From assembly GCA_963727825.1 (NCBI GenBank), contig CAVSHO010000010.1, positions 197,660-261,659 on the forward strand: a stretch of DNA of 64,000 nucleotides, given 5' to 3'. Shown piece by piece: positions 20,023 through 30,049 of this stretch (within the stretch, counting starts at the first letter, position 1; each line of letters opens with the position of its first letter). The position numbers were made by a program, and so were the translations under genes. The notes beneath the pieces are model-generated. The model was not told where the DNA came from. It did not search any database and saw only the letters and a program-made list of their open reading frames with translations. The DNA is from Ignavibacteriota bacterium. Its GTDB lineage: Bacteria > Bacteroidota > Ignavibacteria > UBA10030.

Positions 20023-20953
20023 ATGCTTTACAAGGACTATTATAAAGTATTGGGCGTAGCAAAGACTGCAACGCCAGAGGAAATTAAGAAAGCGTACCGA
20101 AAACTCGCCCTTAAGTATCATCCTGACAAAACTAAGGGGGATAAAGCTGCCGAAGAAAAGTTCAAGGATGTCAACGAGGCAAATGAAGTTCTTAGTGACC
20201 CGCAAAAACGAAAAAAGTACCGATCAGTTAGGAGCAGATTGGAAGCATTATGAAGAAACCGGCGCGCCGCCGGGTGGATTTGATTGGTCAAAGTACACAA
20301 GCAATCGGGGCGGGCAAACTCGTACGATGAGTCAAGAAGAGTTCAACGCAATGTTTAATGAGGATAGCGCCGGAGATTTCTTTGAAACTCTTTTCGGGTT
20401 ACATCCCGGAGAGAGACGCGGTAGGAGAAACAGGGCGATCAAAGGAGATGACTTGGAAGCTGAAACAACACTCTTGTTAGAAGAAGCATATCATGGTACG
20501 ACGAGACTTATTAAAATTAATGATCAGACAATTAGGGTGACGATTCATCCGGGTATTGAAGATCAACATGTCCTGAGAGTTCCAGGTAAAGGAGCCACAG
20601 GGATGAATGGCGGGGCAAATGGCGACCTCTTCCTCACAGTCAAAATTACACTACATCCAGATTTTCAGCGCAAGGGAGACGACCTTTATTGCGACTTACC
20701 AGTTGAATTATATACCGCTGTGCTTGGGGGAAAAACCAAGATTAAAACGATGAAAGGCATTGTCAAAATCGATATCCCTAAAGAAACATCAAACGGTACG
20801 GTGCTTAGGCTCATAGGACTTGGAATGCCGATTTATGATAAGAAGAATGAGTTTGGCAACCTTTATGTAAAAGTTGCGATCCGGTTGCCAGATAAGCTCA
20901 GTAAAGAAGAAATTGACTTATTTAAAAAGTTGGCGGCACTACAAAGCAAGTAG
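20023..20953 (+). CDS. cbpA: DnaJ class II / CbpA co-chaperone, split by a one-base frameshift at ~20220
   Basis: J-domain with HPD in ORF 20023-20253; the C-terminal DnaJ domain continues in the +1 frame after KKY|DQLGADW. Confidence 0.85.
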
Positions 20954-21000
20954 GTCATTCAGCAGCATATACACAAATAGAATTTCAAGAAACTATCAAA

Positions 21001-21537
21001 ATGAATACTTTACTCTTTATCATCATTCTGGCGATTGGCACTATTTCAAACATCATCTTTTCATGGTTATTCTCAATTAAAGCCGGTCGCTACCACGGTA
21101 TATACCGATTCTTTTCGTTTGAAAGCATCCTTATATTGATATTATTGTGTGCACCGGTATGGTTCACACATCCATGGGATTGGAACCAATTAATCTCGTG
21201 GATAATGCTTTTTGGAGCAATTCCACTCCCTTTTTACGGATTCCACGCATTGCGCATAGCAGGAAAGCCAAATGGTCAGATCGAGAATACAACTACATTG
21301 GTTACGTCTGGTATTTATCGATATATCCGTCACCCACTATATGCATCACTCGTATTCTTGGGCACCGGTATCTTTTTTAAGGATATTACAATAGCAACAA
21401 CAACTTGCGCTTTTGTGAATCTATGGGCGATGGTAGCGATAGCTAAAATCGAAGAGCATGAAATGGTCGTGAAGTTTGCCGATGAATATGTTCGCTATAT
21501 GCAACGAACAAAAATGTTTATTCCCTTTGTCGTCTAA
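21001..21537 (+). CDS. Isoprenylcysteine carboxyl methyltransferase (ICMT/PEMT) family membrane protein
   Basis: LVTSGIYRYIRHPLY..EE..F..EY..Y...FIPF. Confidence 0.85.
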   Translation: MNTLLFIIILAIGTISNIIFSWLFSIKAGRYHGIYRFFSFESILILILLCAPVWFTHPWDWNQLISWIMLFGAIPLPFYGFHALRIAGKPNGQIENTTTLVTSGIYRYIRHPLYASLVFLGTGIFFKDITIATTTCAFVNLWAMVAIAKIEEHEMVVKFADEYVRYMQRTKMFIPFVV

Positions 21538-21621
21538 TCAGGAACGCGGCGGACAACTCACCTTGCATTTCATAAGTAATTTAGCGTATCTTTTTCTATA
21601 AACTTTTTTTCGGGAGCCATT

Positions 21622-23184
21622 ATGCGTCGGTTGCTTTTACTTCTGCCATTGTTCTATGTAACATTATATGCCCAGGCGATTGATCCAGCATCGAAGACCG
21701 GTTATGAATCCATTAATGCCGGCAACCTTAAAGTGAACCTCATCGTCCTCACTTCTGATAGTCTGGAAGGGCGTGAGACAACATTCCCTGGGCAAAAGAA
21801 AGCAGCAAATTATATCGCAGATATTTTTAAGAACCTGAATCTTAAAGCCATCGGCGACAATGGAACATTCTTCCAGCATTTTGATGTAGAGGTTTCACGT
21901 GTTGATCCAGAAACAAAAATAATAACTGATATTGATGGAGTGAAGAAGAATTTCACTTGGGGAACAGATTTTATTTCTGAAGGAGCAAAAGACACTACAG
22001 TAAGCGGACCTGCTGTATTTGTGGGATTCACAGATACAGAATTAGATTCTATTGCTAAAGCGAAACTTGCCGGACGAGTTGTATTTGTTTTCATAGGCAA
22101 GAAAAATATTGCCAGTGACACATCTAAGGCAGCAACATTACGGCGGTTTTATGCAATTCGCCGCGATGCAGGTGCGGCAGCGGCGTTGATGATTCCAGAT
22201 ATCGAAGGACCGGCTACGTTTCAAAAAGCACAAGAAATGATAAGTAGTTTTGGTTCAGATAAAGGAACAATGCGGATGAAAGACAATGGATCTCTAATAC
22301 GGCAGCAATTTGTCCGATTCCTTGTGTCAACAGAGTTGGCGGAAGCAGTTTTAAAACCGTCAGGAAAATCGCTACAGCAACTAAAAAAAGAAGCGCTTAA
22401 AGATCAGGAGTTTACACCGGTATTCATTGACAATGCAACTGTTACGATAGTCTCGAAAGCTGTTCACGAAACAAAGCAAACTGAAAACGTTCTTGGTTTT
22501 CTGCCGGGAAGCGATCCGGATCTCAAATCGCAAGTCGTAATATTTACTGCACATTATGATCACCTTGGAAAAAATCGTAATGGCGTTTTCTATCCCGGTG
22601 CAGATGATGATGGCTCCGGTACTGTTACCGTTCTGGAACTCGCAAAAGCGTTTTCAGCAAATCCGATAAAACCAAAACGAAGTCTCCTTTTTATGACTGT
22701 AACGGGAGAAGAGAAGGGGTTGTACGGCTCGAGTTATTATACAAATAACCCAATTATTCCATTAGATAAAACTATGGCTGATTTGAATATGGATATGGTT
22801 GGCAGAATTGATACGATTCATGAAGCGAATAAAGACACCAATTACATATATGTAATAGGATCCGATAAAATTAGTCTTGAACTCGACAGTCTGCTTCGAA
22901 TAGCGAACAATGAATCAGAACATCTCGAGCTTGATTATACATTCAACGGCGAATACGATCCGGAGCGATTCTATTACAGAAGTGATCATTACAATTTTGC
23001 GAAGAATGGCGTACCTATCGTTTTCCTTTTCGATGGCATCCACCGCGACTATCATAAGCCATCAGATACAATAGACAAAATTCTCTTTGAAAGAATGGCA
23101 AAGATAGGACGATTGATTTACGACCTTGGATGGCGGCTTGCAAATTTGAATCTTCCATTAACGAAGAAACCCGAACAACAATAG
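21622..23184 (+). CDS. M28 family peptidase with PA-like insert
   Basis: Signal peptide; AHYDH, GADDDGSG, GEEKG, NMDM, SDHY and YH motifs. Confidence 0.9.
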   Translation: MRRLLLLLPLFYVTLYAQAIDPASKTGYESINAGNLKVNLIVLTSDSLEGRETTFPGQKKAANYIADIFKNLNLKAIGDNGTFFQHFDVEVSRVDPETKIITDIDGVKKNFTWGTDFISEGAKDTTVSGPAVFVGFTDTELDSIAKAKLAGRVVFVFIGKKNIASDTSKAATLRRFYAIRRDAGAAAALMIPDIEGPATFQKAQEMISSFGSDKGTMRMKDNGSLIRQQFVRFLVSTELAEAVLKPSGKSLQQLKKEALKDQEFTPVFIDNATVTIVSKAVHETKQTENVLGFLPGSDPDLKSQVVIFTAHYDHLGKNRNGVFYPGADDDGSGTVTVLELAKAFSANPIKPKRSLLFMTVTGEEKGLYGSSYYTNNPIIPLDKTMADLNMDMVGRIDTIHEANKDTNYIYVIGSDKISLELDSLLRIANNESEHLELDYTFNGEYDPERFYYRSDHYNFAKNGVPIVFLFDGIHRDYHKPSDTIDKILFERMAKIGRLIYDLGWRLANLNLPLTKKPEQQ

Positions 23185-23196
23185 GATTCTGCACGA

Positions 23197-23979
23197 ATGT
23201 ACACAGAAGAAGAACTCAAACACGGGCTTACTACGCAAGTATTTGGACGCAAGTTATTCATCTATGATTCTATCGATTCAACTAATGTTTGTGCTAAAGC
23301 ATTCGCAAATAAAGGCGCCGAAGAAGGCAGTGTTGTCATAGCCGATCACCAAACTGCAGGTCACGGACGATTTGGAAGGACATGGCTTGCAGAATCAGGC
23401 AGCAATTTGTTGTTCTCCGTCATAATTCGGCCAACTTTCAGTACAGACAAGATCGGATTACTTCCCATTTTCGCCGCCACTGGTATAGCCCTTGCCGTTG
23501 AAACAGTCACTGGTACGCGATGCGAATGCAAATGGCCGAATGACATTTTGTTAAAAGGAAAAAAATGCTGCGGCATCCTTACAGAGAGTACTTCACAGCA
23601 AAACAGACTTGATTGCGCTATAATTGGTATTGGATTAAATGTGAACCAGAAGAACTTTTTGGGTGATCTTAATAACAAAGCAACATCGCTTTACAGCGAA
23701 TGCGGTAGAATGTTTGACCGAAAAAATGTGTTCTGTCAAATCATGGCTTCATTAGAAGCACTTTATGCAGATGTAAGTAAGGGAGATTTCACAACTGTGT
23801 TGATGGAATGGAAAGCACGCGCAACAATATTTGGCAGAAGAATAACTCTTACTCAAGCCGCTGAAATTATTGACGGAATCGCAATCAATCTTGCAGCCGA
23901 TGGAGGATTGGTTGTGGAAACTGAAACATGCCAACGTACTTTTCATGCCGGTGATGTGACCATTGCGAAACAACAATGA
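23197..23979 (+). CDS. birA: Biotin-protein ligase (no HTH domain)
   Basis: STN, QTAGHGRFGRTW, KWPND and KCCGIL motifs. Confidence 0.92.
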   Translation: MYTEEELKHGLTTQVFGRKLFIYDSIDSTNVCAKAFANKGAEEGSVVIADHQTAGHGRFGRTWLAESGSNLLFSVIIRPTFSTDKIGLLPIFAATGIALAVETVTGTRCECKWPNDILLKGKKCCGILTESTSQQNRLDCAIIGIGLNVNQKNFLGDLNNKATSLYSECGRMFDRKNVFCQIMASLEALYADVSKGDFTTVLMEWKARATIFGRRITLTQAAEIIDGIAINLAADGGLVVETETCQRTFHAGDVTIAKQQ

Positions 23980-24007
23980 GCGATATGCATTAACATTAAA
24001 AAGTGTA

Positions 24008-24031
24008 GTGTCAGGAGATATCTCCTGACAC
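24008..24031. repeat. GTGTCAGGA..TCCTGACAC palindrome (copy 2 of 3)
   Basis: gtgtcaggagatatctcctgacac between birA and coaX. Confidence 0.7.
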
Positions 24032-24079
24032 CATTATAAAAATAGTTTTTCGATAGACTTCTAAGCAAGAGGAATTAAT

Positions 24080-24874
24080 ATGTTTATAGCGATTGATATA
24101 GGCAACACCCATACTGTGATTGGGATATACAAGAAAGATGTTCTCATTGCCGATTGCCGATTGAAAAACGTGCTGCAAAGAACAGAAGATGAAATTTATG
24201 CACAAGTTAATTCATTACTTGTTAAAATTGGCACAAATAAAAGAAAGATCGATGGTATCGGAATCTCATCTGTAGTTCCCAATCTTACAAATGCCTATGC
24301 CGTCATGGCAGAAAAATATTTCCATCAGGAACCGATGATTGTAAGCACAGAATTGAATCTTGGAATCAAAATTCTTTACGACAATCCCGCGTCGCTCGGC
24401 GCCGATAGAATCTGTAATACAATTGCCGGTTATTCTAAATATGGCGGACCGCTTATCATTATTGATTTCGGGACGGCTACTACCTATGATGTTGTGGCTT
24501 CAAACGGGGATTATCTCGGCGGTGTTATTGCCCCTGGAATAGAAACATCGGCAATTTCTTTACATAAACGAACGGCAAAATTGCCTCAGATAATCGAGGA
24601 TAGATTAATTTTCCCTGAATCCGTAATCAATACGAATACAGTTAACAGTATGCAGACCGGAATTCTATGGGGTGCAATAGATGCAATGACTGCAATGGTG
24701 AACCGGATCCAAAAAGAACTCCATGAACGTCGATCGAAGAAAGCAGTTGTCATAGCAACAGGTGGGTTTTCAAAATTCGTTGCCGAGAAAACAAATATAA
24801 TTCAGCATGTAGAACCAACACTTGTCTTAAATGGAATTTTACTGATTTATAAACGCCTACGAAGTAATTGCTGA
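24080..24874 (+). CDS. coaX: Type III pantothenate kinase
   Basis: IDIGNT, LGADR, IDFGTATT, GG.IAPG and ATGG motifs. Confidence 0.95.
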   Translation: MFIAIDIGNTHTVIGIYKKDVLIADCRLKNVLQRTEDEIYAQVNSLLVKIGTNKRKIDGIGISSVVPNLTNAYAVMAEKYFHQEPMIVSTELNLGIKILYDNPASLGADRICNTIAGYSKYGGPLIIIDFGTATTYDVVASNGDYLGGVIAPGIETSAISLHKRTAKLPQIIEDRLIFPESVINTNTVNSMQTGILWGAIDAMTAMVNRIQKELHERRSKKAVVIATGGFSKFVAEKTNIIQHVEPTLVLNGILLIYKRLRSNC

Positions 24875-24949
24875 CACTATCTTTTATCATTTCTTAATAC
24901 GAGTTCATTGCATCTTTAGTATCTCTTTCTCTTCAATTATCCTCTTGCC

Positions 24950-27403
24950 TTAATCTAAAGCCATAGAAGAAATACTCACTCGAAACAGATTTATTTTTTT
25001 TGATGTATGAACAACATCAATCCGAAGTAAATCCAAAATATTTGCTAATCCAAAATATGTTTCCCAATACGGTTTCCAATTATCTTGCTGTATAAAATAA
25101 GGCGATGAATTCCATGAATTAGCAATACTGGCACCGGTAATAATTTGAATACCACTCTCCTCTAATTTTTTAGCGTTAAATGGTTTAAACAGAAGAGTTT
25201 GCCAATTATGCTCTATTTGCATTGCTATATATTTATTTCCAGCTAAATCATACTGTTGAACACCTTTCAAAACTCCGCTTGGGCCATAAAAAGACAATGC
25301 TGTTGGAGGTGTTAGTAGATGTTGGATGCTATAATCCCCGGATACGGTTCCACCTGCTAATGAAATAAAAAAATACGGAGCATTCATCATTGTCGGATAT
25401 ATTGAATTCAACCGAAGACTTCCTATAAACGAATATTTCTCGTAATCAAAATCGCTCCCAAAAGCAGGTTTTGAATACTCTGCAGTAACAATAAGATGAT
25501 TTCTATTCTGAACAATAAGGGATAATAAGGTCGGAGGATCAAACCCAAATTGCAATCGGATAGTATTATTTTCCCCTTCGTTGATCACTGGATTTATTTG
25601 CTGAATGTTTTTAGAAAGCGATACGCAGGAATTTTCACTTACGGAATGATCTTGTTCAACGGTATAATATAATTTTGCAAAAAGATCATCGGTAAAATAT
25701 TTATGTATACCTACATTAAACCCCTTTGAACGTAAATAGTTGAAGTAATCTACGCCGGTTATACTAAACAACAATGAATTGATCGTTTTAGAAATAAAGG
25801 GAGAAGATTGCCACGGTTGGATATTATTCCAGACATTTATATCGATTCTGTCGAGATGATCATCGCCAAGACTATACCCGCCGCCGATTTTCCATTCAAC
25901 AAATTTCAATCCCGTGGAGTATAGTATTTCGGCATTGTAAAAATAATCCATATCCATCTCATCACTATCAAACCACACGCCAGGAGTAATTCCCTCAACA
26001 CGATTATTGTGCAATATCCCATGATTAAGGAATGCAATCAACGCATTGGAGAAAAAACTTTTTGAAGTATCTGACGAAGAAGAAGCTAACCCTGATAATG
26101 CACCCTTCGGCGCGATTACTTTGTCAAGCGTTTTCGTGCTGTCCAGCTCAGCAAATGCGATCTTCTCTATTTCTGTTAACGGCAATGGACGCAATGAATC
26201 CATTGTACTGGATAAAAGTTCAGGTGGCCTCTTAGCCGGTTCAAAAAGTTGATTTTCCAGATTCGGGGCTAGCTTTGTCTTTCTGGACCGTTGCAATTTT
26301 GAGATTACTTTTGAAGTATCGGTAGTGTAACCACCGAATTTTGATCGTCTCGCTTTTCTTACCGAATCTGGAACAGCTCCGTTCACTTTGCATGAGTTTA
26401 TGGAAAATACTTCTGATAGTTTCATTTGATCCAAACTAATCAATCCACCCAGTGCACTTAACTCACCTGCCAAATCCACTTCGGAATATTGCGGAATCCA
26501 AAATCCATTATAGTTACTGTATGCCTGCTGAATCTTCATTGAAAAATTTTTTACGAGCGGAAATATCCATCCATCGCTCGATTCAATGTCGGCACCGATT
26601 AAAGCATATGTTGCATCATCAATAATAATCTTCCCCTTTAACAGCGGAGTTATTGATGATCGAGGGAGTATCTGAATTGTATAAGATATTTCTTTCCCTG
26701 TATTTTTTGTATTTAGCAATTTGAAATCATAATATCGGAATGCCTCGTCTGCTAAAGGAAAGATAATTCTATTACCGCCTCTTCCAATCTGGATATTAAA
26801 TGTGTCCAGAGTAAAGAATAACGATGCGCCGATATTGAGGCTAATTTGAACCGGTTTGTTTTTAATGTTTTCTGTTTTATGTGTTGAAATAATAAATTCT
26901 TTGCTGATATTCCCCTTTTCAGTATAAATCTGTTTTACAAATTGTTCGTCTATCATTGCTATTCGTTCGCCGGAATATAAAATATTTCGTTTGTATCCCT
27001 CAATTTCATAATTAAGTAATCCTTCGTAGTTTTTCTTTCTCCGCTTAATAGCTTCGCGCATAATTTCCATAGCTGGATCTTCTGTAGAGCCGACAACGAA
27101 ATACTCCGGCAGCTGAATAAGTGCAGGATGCAATCCGATTTTTATCAGTGAATCTTCCATACCAGAAATATGAATAGTCTTACTGCTATAACCTACATAT
27201 GAAACCAATAGTGAGTTTTTGTCAAGAGGAAGATGTAAAACGAATCGTCCTTCTTTATTTGAAGACGTTACAATGTCACTGTTTTCAACATGTATCGTCG
27301 CAAATGGCAATGCTTGATATGTTGAATCATCAAAAACATATCCGTTAATATTATGCGTTTGAGAAAACAGTAAGACAGGAAACAGTAGAAAAAAATATTT
27401 CAT
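24950..27403 (-). CDS. Outer-membrane protein with carboxypeptidase-regulatory-like N-domain (DUF5686-like)
   Basis: G.V.D..T..ALPFATI..SYVGY N-domain; NRVEG motif; C-terminal beta strands. Confidence 0.75.
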   Translation of the reverse strand: MKYFFLLFPVLLFSQTHNINGYVFDDSTYQALPFATIHVENSDIVTSSNKEGRFVLHLPLDKNSLLVSYVGYSSKTIHISGMEDSLIKIGLHPALIQLPEYFVVGSTEDPAMEIMREAIKRRKKNYEGLLNYEIEGYKRNILYSGERIAMIDEQFVKQIYTEKGNISKEFIISTHKTENIKNKPVQISLNIGASLFFTLDTFNIQIGRGGNRIIFPLADEAFRYYDFKLLNTKNTGKEISYTIQILPRSSITPLLKGKIIIDDATYALIGADIESSDGWIFPLVKNFSMKIQQAYSNYNGFWIPQYSEVDLAGELSALGGLISLDQMKLSEVFSINSCKVNGAVPDSVRKARRSKFGGYTTDTSKVISKLQRSRKTKLAPNLENQLFEPAKRPPELLSSTMDSLRPLPLTEIEKIAFAELDSTKTLDKVIAPKGALSGLASSSSDTSKSFFSNALIAFLNHGILHNNRVEGITPGVWFDSDEMDMDYFYNAEILYSTGLKFVEWKIGGGYSLGDDHLDRIDINVWNNIQPWQSSPFISKTINSLLFSITGVDYFNYLRSKGFNVGIHKYFTDDLFAKLYYTVEQDHSVSENSCVSLSKNIQQINPVINEGENNTIRLQFGFDPPTLLSLIVQNRNHLIVTAEYSKPAFGSDFDYEKYSFIGSLRLNSIYPTMMNAPYFFISLAGGTVSGDYSIQHLLTPPTALSFYGPSGVLKGVQQYDLAGNKYIAMQIEHNWQTLLFKPFNAKKLEESGIQIITGASIANSWNSSPYFIQQDNWKPYWETYFGLANILDLLRIDVVHTSKKINLFRVSISSMALD

Positions 27404-27594
27404 GTATGGAATCCGTTTAATAGGATCTTTTACAACTAAAATATACTTTAATACAATAAGGAGAAATACTAAAAAATATTACAGCACGATTAACATAGAG
27501 GAATAAAAACAGTTAAAATCCTTAATAATTGGTATCACACCTTACTTGATGACGCAATATAGCCCCGACTATTACGCACCTATATATCGGTAAG

Positions 27595-28353
27595 TCATGC
27601 AGAGTTCGTCTTCCCTTCTATTTCATTCTTCAATCGATCAAGTTCTTTTACTTCCGCATGATGAGCATACAGCATCCGATACAATCCTAATAATCCTTTG
27701 ATAGACGTTTCCAGTAAGACAGCTGAATGTTGAATCTGTTGCAACAAATTGTGGACTTGTTCGCGCTGAGGTGAAGGCAATTGCTTACATAGTTCTTCAC
27801 CGCGATTTTCAATATCTCCATTAATATTTGCAAGAGCAGAGTTTAGTGTGGGGGTAAGCGCATTTAATACATCACGCACTTTATCAGTTGCTAGATTATT
27901 TAAACCAATTTCCAGCGTGCGTTCTTCTTCTAAAGCTCTCGCAATACGAAACTGATGCCGCTCATGAGTCGCATTTATCACAACATCGAGATGTTGAAGG
28001 TCAAGTTGTTCTTTCCGGACATAATCATACGCACCTAATTTCATTGCTTCCACCGCAACGACATCCGAACCAGCCGCGGTCAACACGACTACGGGTGTTT
28101 CTATTTTACGCTCATTAGTCCATTTCAGCAGATCAATACCATTCATTTCAGGCATAGAGTAATCTGTAAGGATTATATCAAAATGATTACTGCCGCCCTT
28201 GGCAATTAGTTCTGTTGCTTCATGGCCATTGCGCGCAATTGTTACTTTGTATTTATATTCATCCTGAAGTTGAGTGGCAACAATGTTCGCAAAGAATTCA
28301 TCATCATCGACTAAAAGAATATTTAATGTCTGCTGTTCCAACGATTTGCTCAA
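27595..28353 (-). CDS. Response regulator receiver with a degenerate HisKA-like helical C-terminus
   Basis: ILLVDDD, D.SMP.MNG, VVLTA and GAYDYV.K motifs; no HTH. Confidence 0.85.
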   Translation of the reverse strand: MSKSLEQQTLNILLVDDDEFFANIVATQLQDEYKYKVTIARNGHEATELIAKGGSNHFDIILTDYSMPEMNGIDLLKWTNERKIETPVVVLTAAGSDVVAVEAMKLGAYDYVRKEQLDLQHLDVVINATHERHQFRIARALEEERTLEIGLNNLATDKVRDVLNALTPTLNSALANINGDIENRGEELCKQLPSPQREQVHNLLQQIQHSAVLLETSIKGLLGLYRMLYAHHAEVKELDRLKNEIEGKTNSA

Positions 28354-28485
28354 ACTAATAATTCAGATATAGCCGCCACGTATTGGTAATAAATTATTAT
28401 GACTAATCTAAGGATTTCTCAATTTACAAACAAATATTGTAATCGCAAAATAAATGAGGGCAATGCTTCAGGTGTGACTATAAAT

Positions 28486-29985
28486 TTAATGCAAACCCAG
28501 CATCTGTACCGATGTATTTGCCAAATCCACGATTGGCGCGAAATATAATCCAAATATAAGTATTGGAATTGCAAGCGCTAACAAAATCAATGCTTCTATC
28601 CGAAGTATAGGTAGCTGTCCTGATTGACCTTCCGGATCTCGCAGAAACATATAACGAAGCACTCGAGCATAGTAGTAAAGCGAGATTACTGTATTCACTG
28701 CACCAACAACTGCAAGCCAAATCCATTTTGCATCCAAGACTGCGGCAAAAAGATAAAATTTTCCAACAAAGCCGGCAGTCGGCGGCAATCCGGTAAGCGA
28801 TACAAGGAAGACAGCCATCGACACGCCGATAATCGGAGATCGATAACCGAGTCCTCTGTAAACGCTAATGTCTTCACTTCCCGTTTTGTTCGCAACGAGC
28901 ATGACCACATAAAATGCCCCGAGATTCATAAACAGATACATGACGAAATAAATTATAACAGCGGCAATCCCTTTGTCACTTAGAAGAACTACACCCATTA
29001 GCATATAACCGGCATGTGCAATACTAGAATAAGCGAGCAGACGCTTAAGATTATCCTGCCAGACAGCAACGAGATTGCCAAGCGTCATCGTTAGCACTGA
29101 AAGTATGACGAGTAATTTGTTCCATTCAAAATTATAGAGCGACATCCATACACCGGAAGGAAGCGCAAGAATTGTTGTATCGATGAAGATGACCTTGAAG
29201 AACCGAATCATCATTGCAAATCCCGCCGCTTTTGATGCGACGGAAAGAAAAGCTGTAATCGTAATCGGTGCGCCTTCGTACACATCCGGTGTCCAGAAAT
29301 GAAATGGTACAGCGGAAATCTTATAACCGAACCCGACAACAATAAAAATCGTTGCAATAAGAAGTACAGAATAATTTGGAGCACTCAACGTCAGCGAACG
29401 GTTGATATCACCATAATTCATCGCGCCTGACAAACCAAAGAGAATCGAGATACCATATAACATCACGCCGGACGAGACCGCTCCGTAAATAATATATTTC
29501 AATGAAGCTTCGCTCGAATCCGAAGCTTCCTTTGTATATCCTGCAAGAATGTAAGATGAGAGACTTGTTAATTCCATTGCCAAGACCATCATCAGCAAAT
29601 TTGTTGCTCCTGCCATTAAAAACATGCCAAGTGTCATGGTTACGAGTAGCGCGTAATACTCCGCCATGCGTTTCACGGTTGTCTGAACTTCTGTCGAGTA
29701 AGCAGAGAACAGAATAATTATTAACGCGCAGATTGCCGTAAGCGATTTAAAGAATACGGCAAACGGATCAATTGCTATCATACCAGAGAAGATTTCTTCC
29801 GAAGTCCCTGCCTGATTGACGACAAAGACCAATGCTGCCATCACACCAATAAATGCAATCAATCCGACAATTTTAGGGTTTTTTCGGAAAATCAATCCGG
29901 TCATTATTGCGATGCAAAACGTGACCGCTAATGCCGTTTCCGGCAGGAAGTGTATAAGATTTTGTAATACCTGTTGAACAAACAT
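28486..29985 (-). CDS. nuoN: NADH-quinone oxidoreductase subunit N
   Basis: EASLKY, KISAVPFHFWTPDVYEGAP and KRLLAYSSIAHAG motifs. Confidence 0.95.
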   Translation of the reverse strand: MFVQQVLQNLIHFLPETALAVTFCIAIMTGLIFRKNPKIVGLIAFIGVMAALVFVVNQAGTSEEIFSGMIAIDPFAVFFKSLTAICALIIILFSAYSTEVQTTVKRMAEYYALLVTMTLGMFLMAGATNLLMMVLAMELTSLSSYILAGYTKEASDSSEASLKYIIYGAVSSGVMLYGISILFGLSGAMNYGDINRSLTLSAPNYSVLLIATIFIVVGFGYKISAVPFHFWTPDVYEGAPITITAFLSVASKAAGFAMMIRFFKVIFIDTTILALPSGVWMSLYNFEWNKLLVILSVLTMTLGNLVAVWQDNLKRLLAYSSIAHAGYMLMGVVLLSDKGIAAVIIYFVMYLFMNLGAFYVVMLVANKTGSEDISVYRGLGYRSPIIGVSMAVFLVSLTGLPPTAGFVGKFYLFAAVLDAKWIWLAVVGAVNTVISLYYYARVLRYMFLRDPEGQSGQLPILRIEALILLALAIPILIFGLYFAPIVDLANTSVQMLGLH

Positions 29986-30002
29986 ATTATTTTTCAGTTT
30001 TC

Positions 30003-30032
30003 TGCGCTAGATACGCATCCGCCTTCGGCGGA
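30003..30032. repeat. TCCGCC..GGCGGA mini-palindrome between nuoM and nuoN
   Basis: tgcgctagatacgca-tccgccttcggcgga. Confidence 0.55.
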
Positions 30033-30049
30033 AATTTTCGATTTACTAT

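Noticed and set aside
20209-20217. A_AAA_AAG slippery heptamer just before the cbpA frame break, suggesting programmed -1 frameshifting
   Set aside because: The downstream domain is in the +1 frame, so a -1 shift would not join the two ORFs
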